Shown: in pieces, positions 1-11,330 of the stretch
Position numbering within the stretch: position 1 is the first letter of the stretch
How the letters are laid out: every line of letters begins with the position of its first letter
Assembly: GCA_001600815.1 (NCBI GenBank)
Contig: BCKZ01000006.1
Location: 544,450 to 608,449 of the forward strand
Length of the DNA stretch: 64,000 nucleotides
DNA from: Alloascoidea hylecoeti
Taxonomy: Eukaryota
Direction: 5' to 3'
Notes under the pieces: model-generated
Seen by the model: the letters and a program-made list of their open reading frames with translations, nothing else
What the model was told of the DNA's origin: nothing
The model's database searches: none
Translations under genes and position numbers: made by a program

Positions 1-426
1 CCATTAGTTCACAATCGTAAACTTGTATGCGGGGAATCAGAATATAATATTGTTACACCTCCAGAAGGACAAACTTGTGGTGCTTTCTTAAATACATATA
101 TTGATAATAATGGTGGTTATGTGAAGGATGTGAGCGCAACTTCTAATTGTCAATACTGTGCTTATACTTCACAAGAAACGGTCATGGAAGCATATAATAT
201 TAGGTGGAGTTATAGGTGGAGAAACTTTGGATTCATGTTTGTCTATATCATTTTCAATGTAGTTGCAATGTTGGGGATGTACTACTTGTTCAGAGTTAAA
301 GTATGGAGTTTGAAATCAATCTTGAACTTCCAAAATTGGTTTAAAGGAGGAAGAAAAGAAAGACATGAAGAACCATCTAAAGTCTTTGAGCCCAAGCCAG
401 GTGATGAGAAGGTTATTAGAAATTGA
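1..426 (+). CDS. PDR-family ABC transporter, C-terminal end (5' part outside window)
   Basis: Frame 1 is open from base 1 (PLVHNRKLVCGESEYNIVTPPEGQTCGAFLNTYI...GGY...CQYCAY...WRNFGFMFVYIIFN). This is the cysteine-rich last extracellular loop and final TM helix typical of Pdr5/Snq2/Pdr12-type transporters. Confidence 0.9.
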   Translation, partial: PLVHNRKLVCGESEYNIVTPPEGQTCGAFLNTYIDNNGGYVKDVSATSNCQYCAYTSQETVMEAYNIRWSYRWRNFGFMFVYIIFNVVAMLGMYYLFRVKVWSLKSILNFQNWFKGGRKERHEEPSKVFEPKPGDEKVIRN

Positions 427-788
427 TTATATGACTTTCAGTAAAGATATCTTTCACTCCTAATTATATTTATTGGGATCACTTGATTTACTTTCACTAC
501 TTTTTTTATGTTTTTTCTTTATAAATAATTTGCATATAATTTCATTAGTTCTCATATAGATAGAATATAAGGTACAACTTATATAAAATAATTATAATCA
601 TTAATATTAATATTTAGATTTTAAAGTCAAATACAGCATTTGCGAAAGTACTGTGTAATTGTTACATAATTCTTAAGCTTATAATTATGTAAGTTGTAAA
701 GACTGATCATGAAAGAGATTTAAATTCATGATATATGTAGGTATAGGTATGAATTCCCTTTAAAGCAAACAATGGAATAAATATCAGT

Positions 789-1034
789 TCATGATTCGTT
801 GAGACGATCAATCACCTTTTGTGGAACGTCAGCTTTTGGTCTGTGTCCTCCTGTAAACAAAGTACCTTGGCTTTCACACACAACATTATGTGGCTTATTG
901 ATTTTTGATAATGGAACTATTTTGTTGCCCATTTTAACACAAAACTCTTGACCATTACTGAGATGCTGAAGGGGATCAGAAGCGCTACTTGCTGCAGGTG
1001 TAGCTGATTGTTTTTGCTTTTCGGAAGTAGACAT
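789..1034 (-). CDS. Small hypothetical protein (81 aa)
   Basis: ATG-initiated ORF with protein-like composition, divergent from the next gene and followed by an AT-rich 3' region. No family recognised. Confidence 0.55.
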   Translation of the reverse strand: MSTSEKQKQSATPAASSASDPLQHLSNGQEFCVKMGNKIVPLSKINKPHNVVCESQGTLFTGGHRPKADVPQKVIDRLNES

Positions 1035-1191
1035 CTGGCAAGAATATGTTCCAATTAAGCAGGAGCTTATTATGATAAAAAATATGTGTAGTTGGAGTAT
1101 TTTTTTACTTATGATTAATGTTTTAACTGAGAATGCTCAGGTTGGATTATAATTGTTATAAATTGTAAAACTGTGATGGATCAAGATTCCG

Positions 1192-1218
1192 CCGGAAGAT
1201 ATAAAACATATCTTCCGG
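1192..1218. repeat. 11-bp perfect inverted repeat in a divergent promoter
   Basis: CCGGAAGATAT (1192-1202), AAAAC, then ATATCTTCCGG (1208-1218). Confidence 0.7.
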
Positions 1219-1352
1219 ACACATCAGATATTTCATTGTCCAGACAACGAAGTGTTACAGGTCTGTTATACAAAATTTAAACCTCCTCACCAAAATATAT
1301 AAATCTTAAGATATTTCAGAACCTCTTTCATTCGCTTCAAAGCAATTGTCTG

Positions 1353-4300
1353 ATGTCTTACAACGGCCAAGAATCCTCAGGATTGTATTCGGGGGTTTCT
1401 CGCTTAGAGAAAGTCTCTTTAAATGATAATGATCATGACATCGATGTAATTGATCATTCGCGATCTGATTCTTCTAAGGAAAATGTACACCCTGATACTT
1501 CTTTATCGAGCATATTTGAAAATTCTCTGACTATTCACGAAAACCTGGACTCTCCCTATTCAGAACCTCCTATTAAAGATGGAGTTATTGATTTCGAATC
1601 TGATGCATCGCAAAGTGAATTTTCTCATAGTATGAGCCAAACAACTCATGATCACGATCAATATAATAATGATCCTACCTCAAATCCAAATGGTTATTTC
1701 ACTTATTCAAGTAATACTAAAGAGCCAGCCCGTACTGTTTTTGAAGACGAATACAGTCAATATGAACATGAATCAACAGCAGGAACTACTAATGGTCATG
1801 AAACAGATACTGAAACTACAACAACAGCAAGTGCAAATATAAGTGTAAACATAAGTTCAACTGAGTCAAGCCCAACAGAAACTTCAACTCCAACTCCAAC
1901 TCCTGCTCCAAGATATTATAACCATATAAACAAATCAAAATACACAAGACCATCGTCCTCTCGATTTATTCCCAAAAAGCCAGCATCCCAAAATTCTTTC
2001 CGCTTAAAAAATATAACAAATAAAGCACGATCCAATTCAGTTCCTGGACCAATAAGCCTAAATATGCGGTCACGTCCCCAATCGCCCCGGAAATCTTTAA
2101 CGAAAATAAGTTTAGATGAAGATCCAAGTAAAGACCAAATCGATATCGATAAGATTGATTCAAAGCCTCCATTGCCACCACCAGAACCAACTCCATTACG
2201 GTGGAAACAACCAAGGGCTCCTGAAACGATTGGAAAATCTTTAAGACGACTATCCTTGAAGCCAACATTCAATGAAAGTAATGATAACAATATAAATATT
2301 AATGATAATAAAAATGCTACTAATAATATTAATAATACTAATAGTGATTGGGATAAAATGACAACTGGTTTTAGTATTGGTGATTCCAAAAAAATCGCCG
2401 AATTAAATAATAAAATTCATGGTTTTCAAATTCAATGGAAATTAATGGAGACAATTTTACGTGAAGCATTGGAAGAAATAGGTACGAATGATACTGAATT
2501 AAAAGATAAGTTCGTTTCAAGATTAACAAATATTCAGATTCCAAGTGTTGAATCCAGTCCAAAACCGTTTGAAGATGATTCTGCTTTAAGAGATGAAATA
2601 TCATCATTAAAGTCTGATTTAATTAAAGAAAAGGAAAAAATGGATGAATTGATGAAAACAATTCATAATCAAACACAATTACTTGAAGAGAGCGATATAT
2701 CATTTGAATTAATTGATAATATAATTGATTCATTATTATCTTGGCAAACTGATAATCATTTACCACCAAACATGCAAAATTTACTTGGTGGTAACGCTAA
2801 TGATAGGTTAAAATGGATTAAATTATGTATTAAAGAAAAGTTCAATGATTATAATCAGGTGGTCAACGATTTGTTAGAATTGGGTCAAAGAGTCAATGAA
2901 TTGGAAGATTCTTATAAAATGAACTATAATTCAAATCCAGATCAAAATTCGAATCAACGTCGATATAATTATCGTCCTTTAACCCAACAACAACGTATAA
3001 TAACTCCACCAATACAACAACAACCTCAATATATCCAAGTCCAATCTCCTGCTCCTACTGCTCCTCCTCCTACTACGGTTCAGTCCCAAACTTTATTAAC
3101 ACCTGCTGGTATCTATCCATCAACAACCAACATAACATACCGGCATATTTACGAAGATGATACAAGGAAGGATGACAGAGGTATTCGAGATTTATATATA
3201 GAATTCAGAAACTTTAGATTACAAATGGAATCCGAAAGTTCAGCATTACGAGAAGTCAAAAATTTATTGAGTAAAGAATTAGATAAAACAAGTTCATTAA
3301 AATCCGAAAAAGATTTATTAAAAATTCAGTTAAATGATCAAATTAAACTTAATGAATCAAGAACTAGTCAAATCAAAATTTTACAAGAAGAAAATAATCA
3401 TTTTAAAAATAGTAATGATAACAATAGATCATTATCGTTGTCGCTAAAGACAGAATATGAAAATAATGAAAGAGAACTTAAATTGAAAATTAAAACTTTA
3501 AAATCGGAAAAGGAAAATTTACGTGAACAATTACGAATTTCTAAAGAAAATGAAAATGAATTGAAAATGAAAATTTTTTCATCTTCGAATAATGCTCAAA
3601 ATAATAATAATAAGTATGATGATAATCAAATTACGAATATTCTAAAGAGTCAATTGGATGAAAAGAAAGATCAAATAAAAGAATTAAAACTTAATCTTTC
3701 AACAAAAACCAATAAAATAGAAAAACTTGAAGAAACAATATCTCAATCGAATAAACAAATAAAAGATTTAGAAACAAATATCAAAAATTTAAATATAAAT
3801 ATAAACAATGAAAAATCAAAATTTAATAATTTATTAGAAACAAATAAATTAAAAGTTAAATTATTAAATAAAAAGGAAACTGAAATTAATGACCTAACAA
3901 AAAAATTAAATTTAGCAATTGAAAAACAAAATCAATTAATTATTGAAAGGAATAAATTTAAATCATTAAGTGATGAAGGAGAAGCAAAAACAAGAAAAAT
4001 TGAAAATAATTTTTCAAATATAACTACTGAAATCGCACGATTAAAAATTCTCAACGAATCATTATTATTAAGAAAACAAGCATATGAAGAAATGCTAGGT
4101 AGACTGGATGTCCAACATAAGGCTTCAATTGCTTTTTATGAATCAATCGTTGAAAAGCTACAATTGGTTCTAGATGATGATTCTGTTACTACGGTCATGT
4201 CGAAAATAAACCTTCTTGTTGAAATGGATGTTAATGACAATGATGATGATAGGTTTGATTTATCCTTTAAAATTAGTAATTATATCATTAGTGCTTTAGA

Positions 4301-4793
4301 CACAGTGTTATCTGAGCATTTCTCACAAGTAGAAGAATTAAATATGCTAAAAGATACGGAATGTGAAAACATCGAAGAACTTAAAAGACAATTGGATGAT
4401 CAAGCAAACGAAATGGATAGATTGCAACAAGAATTAGAATTGGCTAATGAAGAAATTGAAAATCAAATTAATATTTCAACAACAATTGAAAATGAAAATG
4501 AAATGGCCATGACAACGGATGATGAAAAAATGATTAATTCAAGAACAAGACTCAGAATTGATGACTTAAATAGGCGATTAAAAGCTGAAAGAGAAGCAAG
4601 AAAATATGAAAATGATGCTGCTGCTTCAAAATTAGCTGAATTGGAATGTGAAAATGAAAATCAAGAACAAAAATTACGAGAAATGGACTCAGAAAATCGT
4701 GCTTTACGTCAAAGATTGGCAGCTTTCGGTAGTGGACGAACAAACAGTTTTTCCAGAACAAGTAGTCTACGAAGTGTGAGAAGTAATAGATGA
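1353..4793 (+). CDS. Mto1/ApsB/Spc72-family microtubule-organiser coiled-coil protein (gamma-tubulin complex receptor)
   Basis: 1146 aa with a disordered N-terminus, a CM1-like segment (KKIAELNNKIHGFQIQWKLMETIL) and long coiled coils. The C-terminal RLRIDDLNRRLKAEREARKYENDAAASKLAELECEN resembles the Mto1/Spc72 C-terminal (MASC/Mto2_bdg) motif. Confidence 0.7.
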   Translation: MSYNGQESSGLYSGVSRLEKVSLNDNDHDIDVIDHSRSDSSKENVHPDTSLSSIFENSLTIHENLDSPYSEPPIKDGVIDFESDASQSEFSHSMSQTTHDHDQYNNDPTSNPNGYFTYSSNTKEPARTVFEDEYSQYEHESTAGTTNGHETDTETTTTASANISVNISSTESSPTETSTPTPTPAPRYYNHINKSKYTRPSSSRFIPKKPASQNSFRLKNITNKARSNSVPGPISLNMRSRPQSPRKSLTKISLDEDPSKDQIDIDKIDSKPPLPPPEPTPLRWKQPRAPETIGKSLRRLSLKPTFNESNDNNININDNKNATNNINNTNSDWDKMTTGFSIGDSKKIAELNNKIHGFQIQWKLMETILREALEEIGTNDTELKDKFVSRLTNIQIPSVESSPKPFEDDSALRDEISSLKSDLIKEKEKMDELMKTIHNQTQLLEESDISFELIDNIIDSLLSWQTDNHLPPNMQNLLGGNANDRLKWIKLCIKEKFNDYNQVVNDLLELGQRVNELEDSYKMNYNSNPDQNSNQRRYNYRPLTQQQRIITPPIQQQPQYIQVQSPAPTAPPPTTVQSQTLLTPAGIYPSTTNITYRHIYEDDTRKDDRGIRDLYIEFRNFRLQMESESSALREVKNLLSKELDKTSSLKSEKDLLKIQLNDQIKLNESRTSQIKILQEENNHFKNSNDNNRSLSLSLKTEYENNERELKLKIKTLKSEKENLREQLRISKENENELKMKIFSSSNNAQNNNNKYDDNQITNILKSQLDEKKDQIKELKLNLSTKTNKIEKLEETISQSNKQIKDLETNIKNLNININNEKSKFNNLLETNKLKVKLLNKKETEINDLTKKLNLAIEKQNQLIIERNKFKSLSDEGEAKTRKIENNFSNITTEIARLKILNESLLLRKQAYEEMLGRLDVQHKASIAFYESIVEKLQLVLDDDSVTTVMSKINLLVEMDVNDNDDDRFDLSFKISNYIISALDTVLSEHFSQVEELNMLKDTECENIEELKRQLDDQANEMDRLQQELELANEEIENQINISTTIENENEMAMTTDDEKMINSRTRLRIDDLNRRLKAEREARKYENDAAASKLAELECENENQEQKLREMDSENRALRQRLAAFGSGRTNSFSRTSSLRSVRSNR

Positions 4794-5220
4794 TTTATAT
4801 AATACAGGGGCCTATGAACATATTTTGTTATTTATTTGTATTAATAATTTTCACCTGACTTTTTTGCCTTCAGTTGCAATTTTGTTATAGTTATATAGGC
4901 ATGTCTTTGTTTTCCAATGATATTTAGCATTATGATTAATTTATAACTAAAAAAATTTTCAATTTTTCTTTATTCACATTTGCTCGTTAATTACACAATT
5001 CACTCCTTCAAGTGTGTTTTTTTTTCACTTGGAATTCACCATATTGGAGAGGAGTTTTCGTCATTTTAGTATAAGAGTTTTCGGCGTATTGGAAATTATG
5101 AATTAGTTTCCTGAGTGACAAATAGTTAGCTATTTGGATACGATTTATTTCGTTACATAATTGACATACATTTTGTCACTATTTTCAACTTATGTGTGAA
5201 TATTATTTCACGGTAGTGTA

Positions 5221-6400
5221 GAATGAAATAAAGGAACTCGATTGTTGATTATTCCAGAATTTCGATGAAGCATTTCCAGATGCAGATGCAAGCCCCAAAG
5301 ACAATATAGTTTTAGCTGATAAGAAGTATACTATACCGTTTAGCTTCGATATTCCTGAAAAATTATCAGAACATAAATGCATAGATAACTTACTACATAA
5401 GCGTCTGCCTCCTAGTGTTACTAATAACTTCCCAATTCCATTTTTGTCTACCAATATCAATAATGATACTCGTGACTTCACAGAGTCCTATTCTTATACC
5501 TTCACTGAGGAATTCCAAGAATCAATGCCAATTACCGCCGATGAATCACCATACAAAGTCGAAGAAAAACATATGCGCGCTTTGTGTCGAATCTCTAGAG
5601 GTCAAGAAGCAATTTTTACTGAAGATTTAAGAGCAGATATTATTATATAGATAGTACATTTGGTATTAAAATCGTTTATTCTATTGAAGCAGTTATTGAA
5701 AATAAGTGTAAGAATACATCTTTAGTAATTTCGAATCCGGAATACAAGCTACCAAAACAGCAACATGGACCACGGGCCATATATTTGTGGATATCCCCTG
5801 CCTTCGATATCATACCTTCATATAGAGCTCCAGTTTCTCTTCATTATCACCTTTTTCAGCCATCTTTTGATACTAATAAATGTGAACAACTCAACAGTAA
5901 GCCATAACCATGAATATGCGAATGATGATATTAAATTAAAAACACTTTATACTATCGGCCCCAAAACAGAAAAATTATTATACGTTAAACATTTTGAATG
6001 GATAGAAGGAAAGAAAAAATCTTGCCCAAATCGAATCATCTCCTGATCCAATATTATATTTACCGGGATTATGTCACTATTGTTAAAACTTGTCTGATGA
6101 TATTTGATGATATATTCATATATTCCGTCAATTGCACGGAAAAGAAGAACAATCCGAGTATTGGATGGAATCAAAATATTTATTTCTCTGGTGGTTTCTA
6201 AATTAATATTAAAAGGATCCTGAAAGTGTAAAGGATATCCATTAACCGTAAACTCGGCTTGAGGTCCGTTTAAGTGAGTGAAACCTTCATAATACAACAT
6301 TTCCTTGGGGGATTTTTATCCCACGTTTAATACAAATTCAGCACCGAAAACACATGGTGCCACTAGCATCATGGAGAGAAGTAGAAAAAGTGCGGTAGAA
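5221..6400 (+). pseudogene. Decayed arrestin/Bul1-like gene
   Basis: Plus-strand fragment KYTIPFSFDIPEKLSEHKCIDNLLHKRLPPSV matches the arrestin-N/Bul1 'F.F.IP...C...H..LPPS' pattern. A later fragment DFYPTFNT (~6310-6335) resembles the C-lobe 'PTF' motif. Several stops and frameshifts; boundaries approximate. Confidence 0.5.
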
Positions 6401-6834
6401 AAACCATTTCTTGAACATACGGTTTTTTCTTATATTGTTACCAGTCACACATGACTTAAGGTGGTGCGTTTAATACATCCCACCAAATACTATTATAATC
6501 AGACACTGAAAATTCAGTAACACCTTAGATCGTACATATTTCGTTACTCAACTTCAAAACAGTTAGTTGCTGAGAATTTGGGCGTTCAGTTTTAAATTAT
6601 TACGTCATTTGTTTAACAAATATTTAGTTACATCAACATCGTTCCTGAATAATTCGTCGTGTGAAAGACCGTTATTTTGTTATCGTGAAAACTAGTAATT
6701 CGACACTTCCTGAAGCAGAATCCGTCATTCCTCAAATGTTTGGAAATATTGGTGAGATAACAGTGACTAGGGATGATCGGCTCAAAGAAAATAATTAATA
6801 TTATATTGTATTTAATATGTAGCAGACATTATAA

Positions 6835-8241
6835 TTACGCTCTGTAGTGAGAAATTGTTGGATTCCATTGAATTCCCGGATCAGATGTTGGAGTGGCATC
6901 GGGATCTTCTTTCCATATTTTGATACTTTTATCAGCTTCACAAGTTATTAAACGCAAACCAGTTCTATCAAAGGAACTAGCAAAAATACCATTTTCTGAG
7001 CTTAATGAGCCAGGAATAGTTGTAGTTTCGGTTGCCTGAAATTTGTGACCTGTTTTCCAATCAAAAAATCCCATCGTTCCATCATCACCACCGCTAAACA
7101 TAACACCATCAGCATTTGAAGATAAAGTATTAACGATTGAATTATGTTGTGGATAGAAATTATGAATAAATGAACCTTCAGGACACTTCCATTTTTTAAT
7201 ATTATCTGGACTACCAGTCGCAAATGTAAATTCTTCAGGATGGACAGTTAGTGCTCTAACTGATTTTTTATGATGCGTAAGTACAGTTTGTGACCTCCCA
7301 GCGACCAAATCCCATAATCTGACAGTTTTATCCATCGAAGTTGAAATAATTTGTGGATCGACATCTTGACACTTTACCTGACTTATTTGACTTTTATGAC
7401 CAGTTAATGTAAAGACTGGCACCCTAGTTCTCATATCCCACACTCTAACCACAGCATCTCTTCCAGCACTAACAACTAAATCTAATGTTGGATGTAAATC
7501 AACTGAATAAATAGAACTTAAATGGCCATGATAATCACGAACAACTTTATTCATTTCCAAGTCCCAACATTTCAAGGTCTTATCTTCACCGCCGCTAAAC
7601 AAATAAGGATGTCTTGAAGATACAACTAAACCTCTAACAGTCATAATATGACCAGTTAAAGTCAATTTTAGCATTCCAGATGCTAGGTCCCATATCTTAA
7701 TCGTTCTATCTGCTGCTCCAGTTGCAAACCACTTATTATTTGGTTCAACACAGACACTTCTGACCCACCCTGAATGACCAGCAATAACACGCATTAGTTT
7801 CCACGGAGCATGCCATTGTGGCTTCTCCAAAACATCTCTTTGAAATCTATGAACCAATGTCCCAGGACCATCAGAATTCATACCTAAAAAGTCTCGTTGA
7901 TTACTACTATCAGTCTTTATTAATTCATTTGATATATTTATTTCTGAATTTGGACCTTCTAGTAATTTCTGTTTCTGTGGATTATTTGAAGAGCCTTCCG
8001 TTATGGTCTTCTGAAAAGATCCATTTCCTGATTTCGTCATTTTAGAAACTAAATGAGATGGTAATTCCTTAACTGCATTGTATTCAGTATGCATCCGTGA
8101 AGAAATATATTCATTATCAGCTTCTTCATTAGTATCTAATGTAAATGACATTTCAGGAAACATTATCTTTCGTCTCTTTGTTAAGTTTTCTATAACATCC
8201 CGCATATCATTAGGATTGCTGATATCTTTTATAAAGGTCAT
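6835..8241 (-). CDS. PRP46: Pre-mRNA splicing factor Prp46/PLRG1 (WD40)
   Basis: [30 protein letters not shown]40 repeats, and the C-terminal [23 protein letters not shown]. Confidence 0.97.
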   Translation of the reverse strand: MTFIKDISNPNDMRDVIENLTKRRKIMFPEMSFTLDTNEEADNEYISSRMHTEYNAVKELPSHLVSKMTKSGNGSFQKTITEGSSNNPQKQKLLEGPNSEINISNELIKTDSSNQRDFLGMNSDGPGTLVHRFQRDVLEKPQWHAPWKLMRVIAGHSGWVRSVCVEPNNKWFATGAADRTIKIWDLASGMLKLTLTGHIMTVRGLVVSSRHPYLFSGGEDKTLKCWDLEMNKVVRDYHGHLSSIYSVDLHPTLDLVVSAGRDAVVRVWDMRTRVPVFTLTGHKSQISQVKCQDVDPQIISTSMDKTVRLWDLVAGRSQTVLTHHKKSVRALTVHPEEFTFATGSPDNIKKWKCPEGSFIHNFYPQHNSIVNTLSSNADGVMFSGGDDGTMGFFDWKTGHKFQATETTTIPGSLSSENGIFASSFDRTGLRLITCEADKSIKIWKEDPDATPTSDPGIQWNPTISHYRA

Positions 8242-8409
8242 ATTTTATCTTTGAAAGTATTTTGATAGTATAAAAAATATAATATAAAGACATCTCCTAA
8301 TGAGTTAAGATTTGATGTTAGTAGTGATGATAATTACTCAGTATGAAGTATACACAGGGCATATTAAACACCCAAAGACCCAGATGTTTCAAAAAGTCAG
8401 AAACTGACT

Positions 8410-8434
8410 TTGGAATTGGAATTGGAATTGGAAT
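8410..8434. repeat. (TTGGAA)x4 microsatellite
   Basis: ttggaattggaattggaattggaat in the PRP46/PUS7 divergent promoter. Confidence 0.8.
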
Positions 8435-8758
8435 CAGATAAATCTACAAGTACTTAATTTGTTCGGATACTTGCTGCGGATCGTTTGGTCCTTGGAGTGG
8501 AAGTTAATACTAATAGAACCCTGTCTGATCCTAATATTGGTGGTGACTAGAATAATTGAGGTCTTTGGATGTTTAATTATGAAAATTATTTCTTTAATAT
8601 CCATCTAACTTTTTTCAACAATATTCATTCATCATTTGTTCACCATAAAGTCAGCATATAAATACATTTCTTTTTTCAAAAAAGCAACCCCGAAATATTT
8701 TGTTGATAAAAATAATTATATAAATATTTATATAAGCTCATTCAATTGCAAGTTCAAG

Positions 8759-10885
8759 ATGTCAACAACTGAAGATTTAAACTTAAAGAGAAATATTGAT
8801 AATGATAATTATAATGATGATGAAAATAAGGTATTAAAAAAAATAAAAGTTGATGAATCTTCTTCATTCCCACCTTTAGGTATACAGGAAACTGATGTTG
8901 GTATTATTGAATTTCTAAATAAAGAAAATGTAAAAGGTTTTAAAGGTATTATGAAGCAAAGATATACCGATTTTTTAGTTAATGAAATTGGATTAGATGG
9001 GAACGTTGTTCATCTAACAGATACTGGATTTATGGATAAAAAGGATAGAAGAAGAGAAAAAAGACAACAGCAACGTGAGATTGAACAGAAAGAAAGAGAA
9101 TCAGCTACACAAGAAAATAATAACGATGATAAGAAAAAGAATGAAATTAATGTTAAACCTGATTTAAAAGAGAGATTAATTGAACTTGTAGGCGAAGAAG
9201 ACTATAATAAAATCTTAGAACTATTTAATAATGGTAATAATATTGAAACATCCAAAACCTTTGATTCTAAAAATTCAAGAACAAGCTTACATCAATTGTT
9301 AAGGGAAGCATTTGGTGGTAGATTAGAATCTGTTACATCACCAACAAATACAATCAAAATAGCTATAGATACAAATACAAGATCAAGAAGAGGCGGTAAT
9401 AACTCTGCAAATTCTTCAGCGATTAATAAAAAATTGGGACCTAAAAAGGATTTTCTTCATTTTGTTTTATATAAAGAAAATAAGGAAACTATGGAAGCTG
9501 CTACATTATTTTCAAAATTCCTTAGAATCCCTTCGAAGAATTTTAGATATGCTGGTACAAAAGATAGGCGAGGTGTCACTGCACAACATGTTTGTATTCC
9601 AAAAATGAATGTTGAAAGAGTCAATGGTTTAAATCGTACATTGAGAGGTATAAAGCTTGGTTGTTTTAGTTATAAAGATGAGGATATAAAACTTGGTGAA
9701 TTACTTGGTAATGAATTCCTAATAACAATTAGAGAAATTGAAGTAGATTCAAATGATATAATAAAATCAGGTATTGAATCATTAAAATCAAAAGGTTTTA
9801 TAAACTATTTTGGTATGCAACGGTTTGGGACATTTTCAATTTCTACCCATGCAGTTGGAACATGTATCCTAAGTTCTCAATATGAAAAAGCTGTTAATTT
9901 AATATTATCAAAACAGGAATTAGTTGCACCAGAAAGTATTGAAGCGAGAGAAATCTGGTATGAAACAAAAGATCCACAAAAAGCGTTTAGTAAAATCCCA
10001 AGACGTTGTGCTGCTGAATTTAATTTACTAAAATGTCTTTCCCAAAAAGCTAGAAATAAAGATATTGCTGATTTTAATGAAAATGATTATTTGGATTCAA
10101 TTATGCAGATTCCAAGAAATTTAAGAATCATGTATGGACATGCGTATCAGAGCTATATCTGGAATATTGTTACAACTGAAAGGATCCGATTATTCGGCTT
10201 AGATGTTGTTCCTGGAGATCTTGTTATCGATGAACAGACTCAAGCAGCAACAAAAACTGAAAATGTTGAGGAGGAAGATGATTATGAAGAAGATTTATTA
10301 AAACAAGATAATTTCACTAGAGCGAAAGTTTTAACAGAAGAAGATATTAAATCAAGGAAATATTCAATTTATGATGTCGTTTTACCAACACCTGGATTTG
10401 ACGTTGAATATCCAACCAATGAAATGATTAGAAAAGCATATGTTGATACCATGGCAGCAGATGGATTAGATCCTTTCAATATGGCAAGAAATATCAGAGA
10501 ATTTTCTTTATCTGGATCATATAGAAATATTGTTAGTAAGCCTAAAAACGTCGAATACTGGATTCGGAAGTATGAAGATCCGGTAGAACAAATGGTAAAG
10601 ACAGATCTTCAAATAATCCAAGAAGAGCAAGATTTGGAGAATTCCATTACAGAAAAAGAAGAAGGTGAAAATGTTGGGGAGAATGAAACTGTTAAACCCA
10701 CATTCGATACTATTGAAAGAATTAAAAAGGATGAAGGTACAGGATCAAAAGTTGCACTTATTTTGAAAATGCAGTTAGGAGTGTCAACATATGCTACAAT
10801 GGCCTTAAGAGAACTTATGAGAACAGATACATCTAGAAGAGGAGATGGACTTGATGTTAAATTATCAATTACGGCTTGTAAATAA
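8759..10885 (+). CDS. PUS7: Pseudouridine synthase Pus7 (TruD family)
   Basis: Motifs GIMKQRYTDFLVNEI, YAGTKDRRGVTAQ (catalytic Asp), GFINYFGMQRFG and STYATMALRE. Start moved from the TTG at 8636 to the first ATG at 8759. Confidence 0.97.
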   Translation: MSTTEDLNLKRNIDNDNYNDDENKVLKKIKVDESSSFPPLGIQETDVGIIEFLNKENVKGFKGIMKQRYTDFLVNEIGLDGNVVHLTDTGFMDKKDRRREKRQQQREIEQKERESATQENNNDDKKKNEINVKPDLKERLIELVGEEDYNKILELFNNGNNIETSKTFDSKNSRTSLHQLLREAFGGRLESVTSPTNTIKIAIDTNTRSRRGGNNSANSSAINKKLGPKKDFLHFVLYKENKETMEAATLFSKFLRIPSKNFRYAGTKDRRGVTAQHVCIPKMNVERVNGLNRTLRGIKLGCFSYKDEDIKLGELLGNEFLITIREIEVDSNDIIKSGIESLKSKGFINYFGMQRFGTFSISTHAVGTCILSSQYEKAVNLILSKQELVAPESIEAREIWYETKDPQKAFSKIPRRCAAEFNLLKCLSQKARNKDIADFNENDYLDSIMQIPRNLRIMYGHAYQSYIWNIVTTERIRLFGLDVVPGDLVIDEQTQAATKTENVEEEDDYEEDLLKQDNFTRAKVLTEEDIKSRKYSIYDVVLPTPGFDVEYPTNEMIRKAYVDTMAADGLDPFNMARNIREFSLSGSYRNIVSKPKNVEYWIRKYEDPVEQMVKTDLQIIQEEQDLENSITEKEEGENVGENETVKPTFDTIERIKKDEGTGSKVALILKMQLGVSTYATMALRELMRTDTSRRGDGLDVKLSITACK

Positions 10886-11330
10886 TTTTATCTCTAAAAT
10901 TGTAAATAACTCTATAACTATATGCTCACTTTTATAAAGATGCACTTCAAATAAAATTTGATTTTAATACCGCACTTAGCTTGCAATTTTTACTTAATGA
11001 ACTTACCAATATTGATTTTCATGATTATTATAATAGAGTTGTGAATGATTCACTAATTTGTTGAAATAACTTCTAAAGCTGATCATGAATAGCTTCCTTC
11101 TGGGCCTAAGGGTAATACCTAAAAATATTTTCCGGTATGTAACGTAAGAAAGATCCGGACAACTGCATTCATTAAGTTTTGCTCTACAAAACTGCCTTGG
11201 AAACTATCGAGTGAAGAGAATGAAAATATTAATTATTTAAATATACGACATTTTCAGGCAAAACTGTTTATTTATAACTACAACTGAGATATTAATTGTT
11301 TTGCTCCTTCATCTTTCCCAACTGTTTTTG

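Noticed and set aside
5947..6300. 117-aa minus-strand ORF
   Set aside because: Non-ATG start and no recognisable motif; more simply the antisense of the decayed arrestin-like gene.
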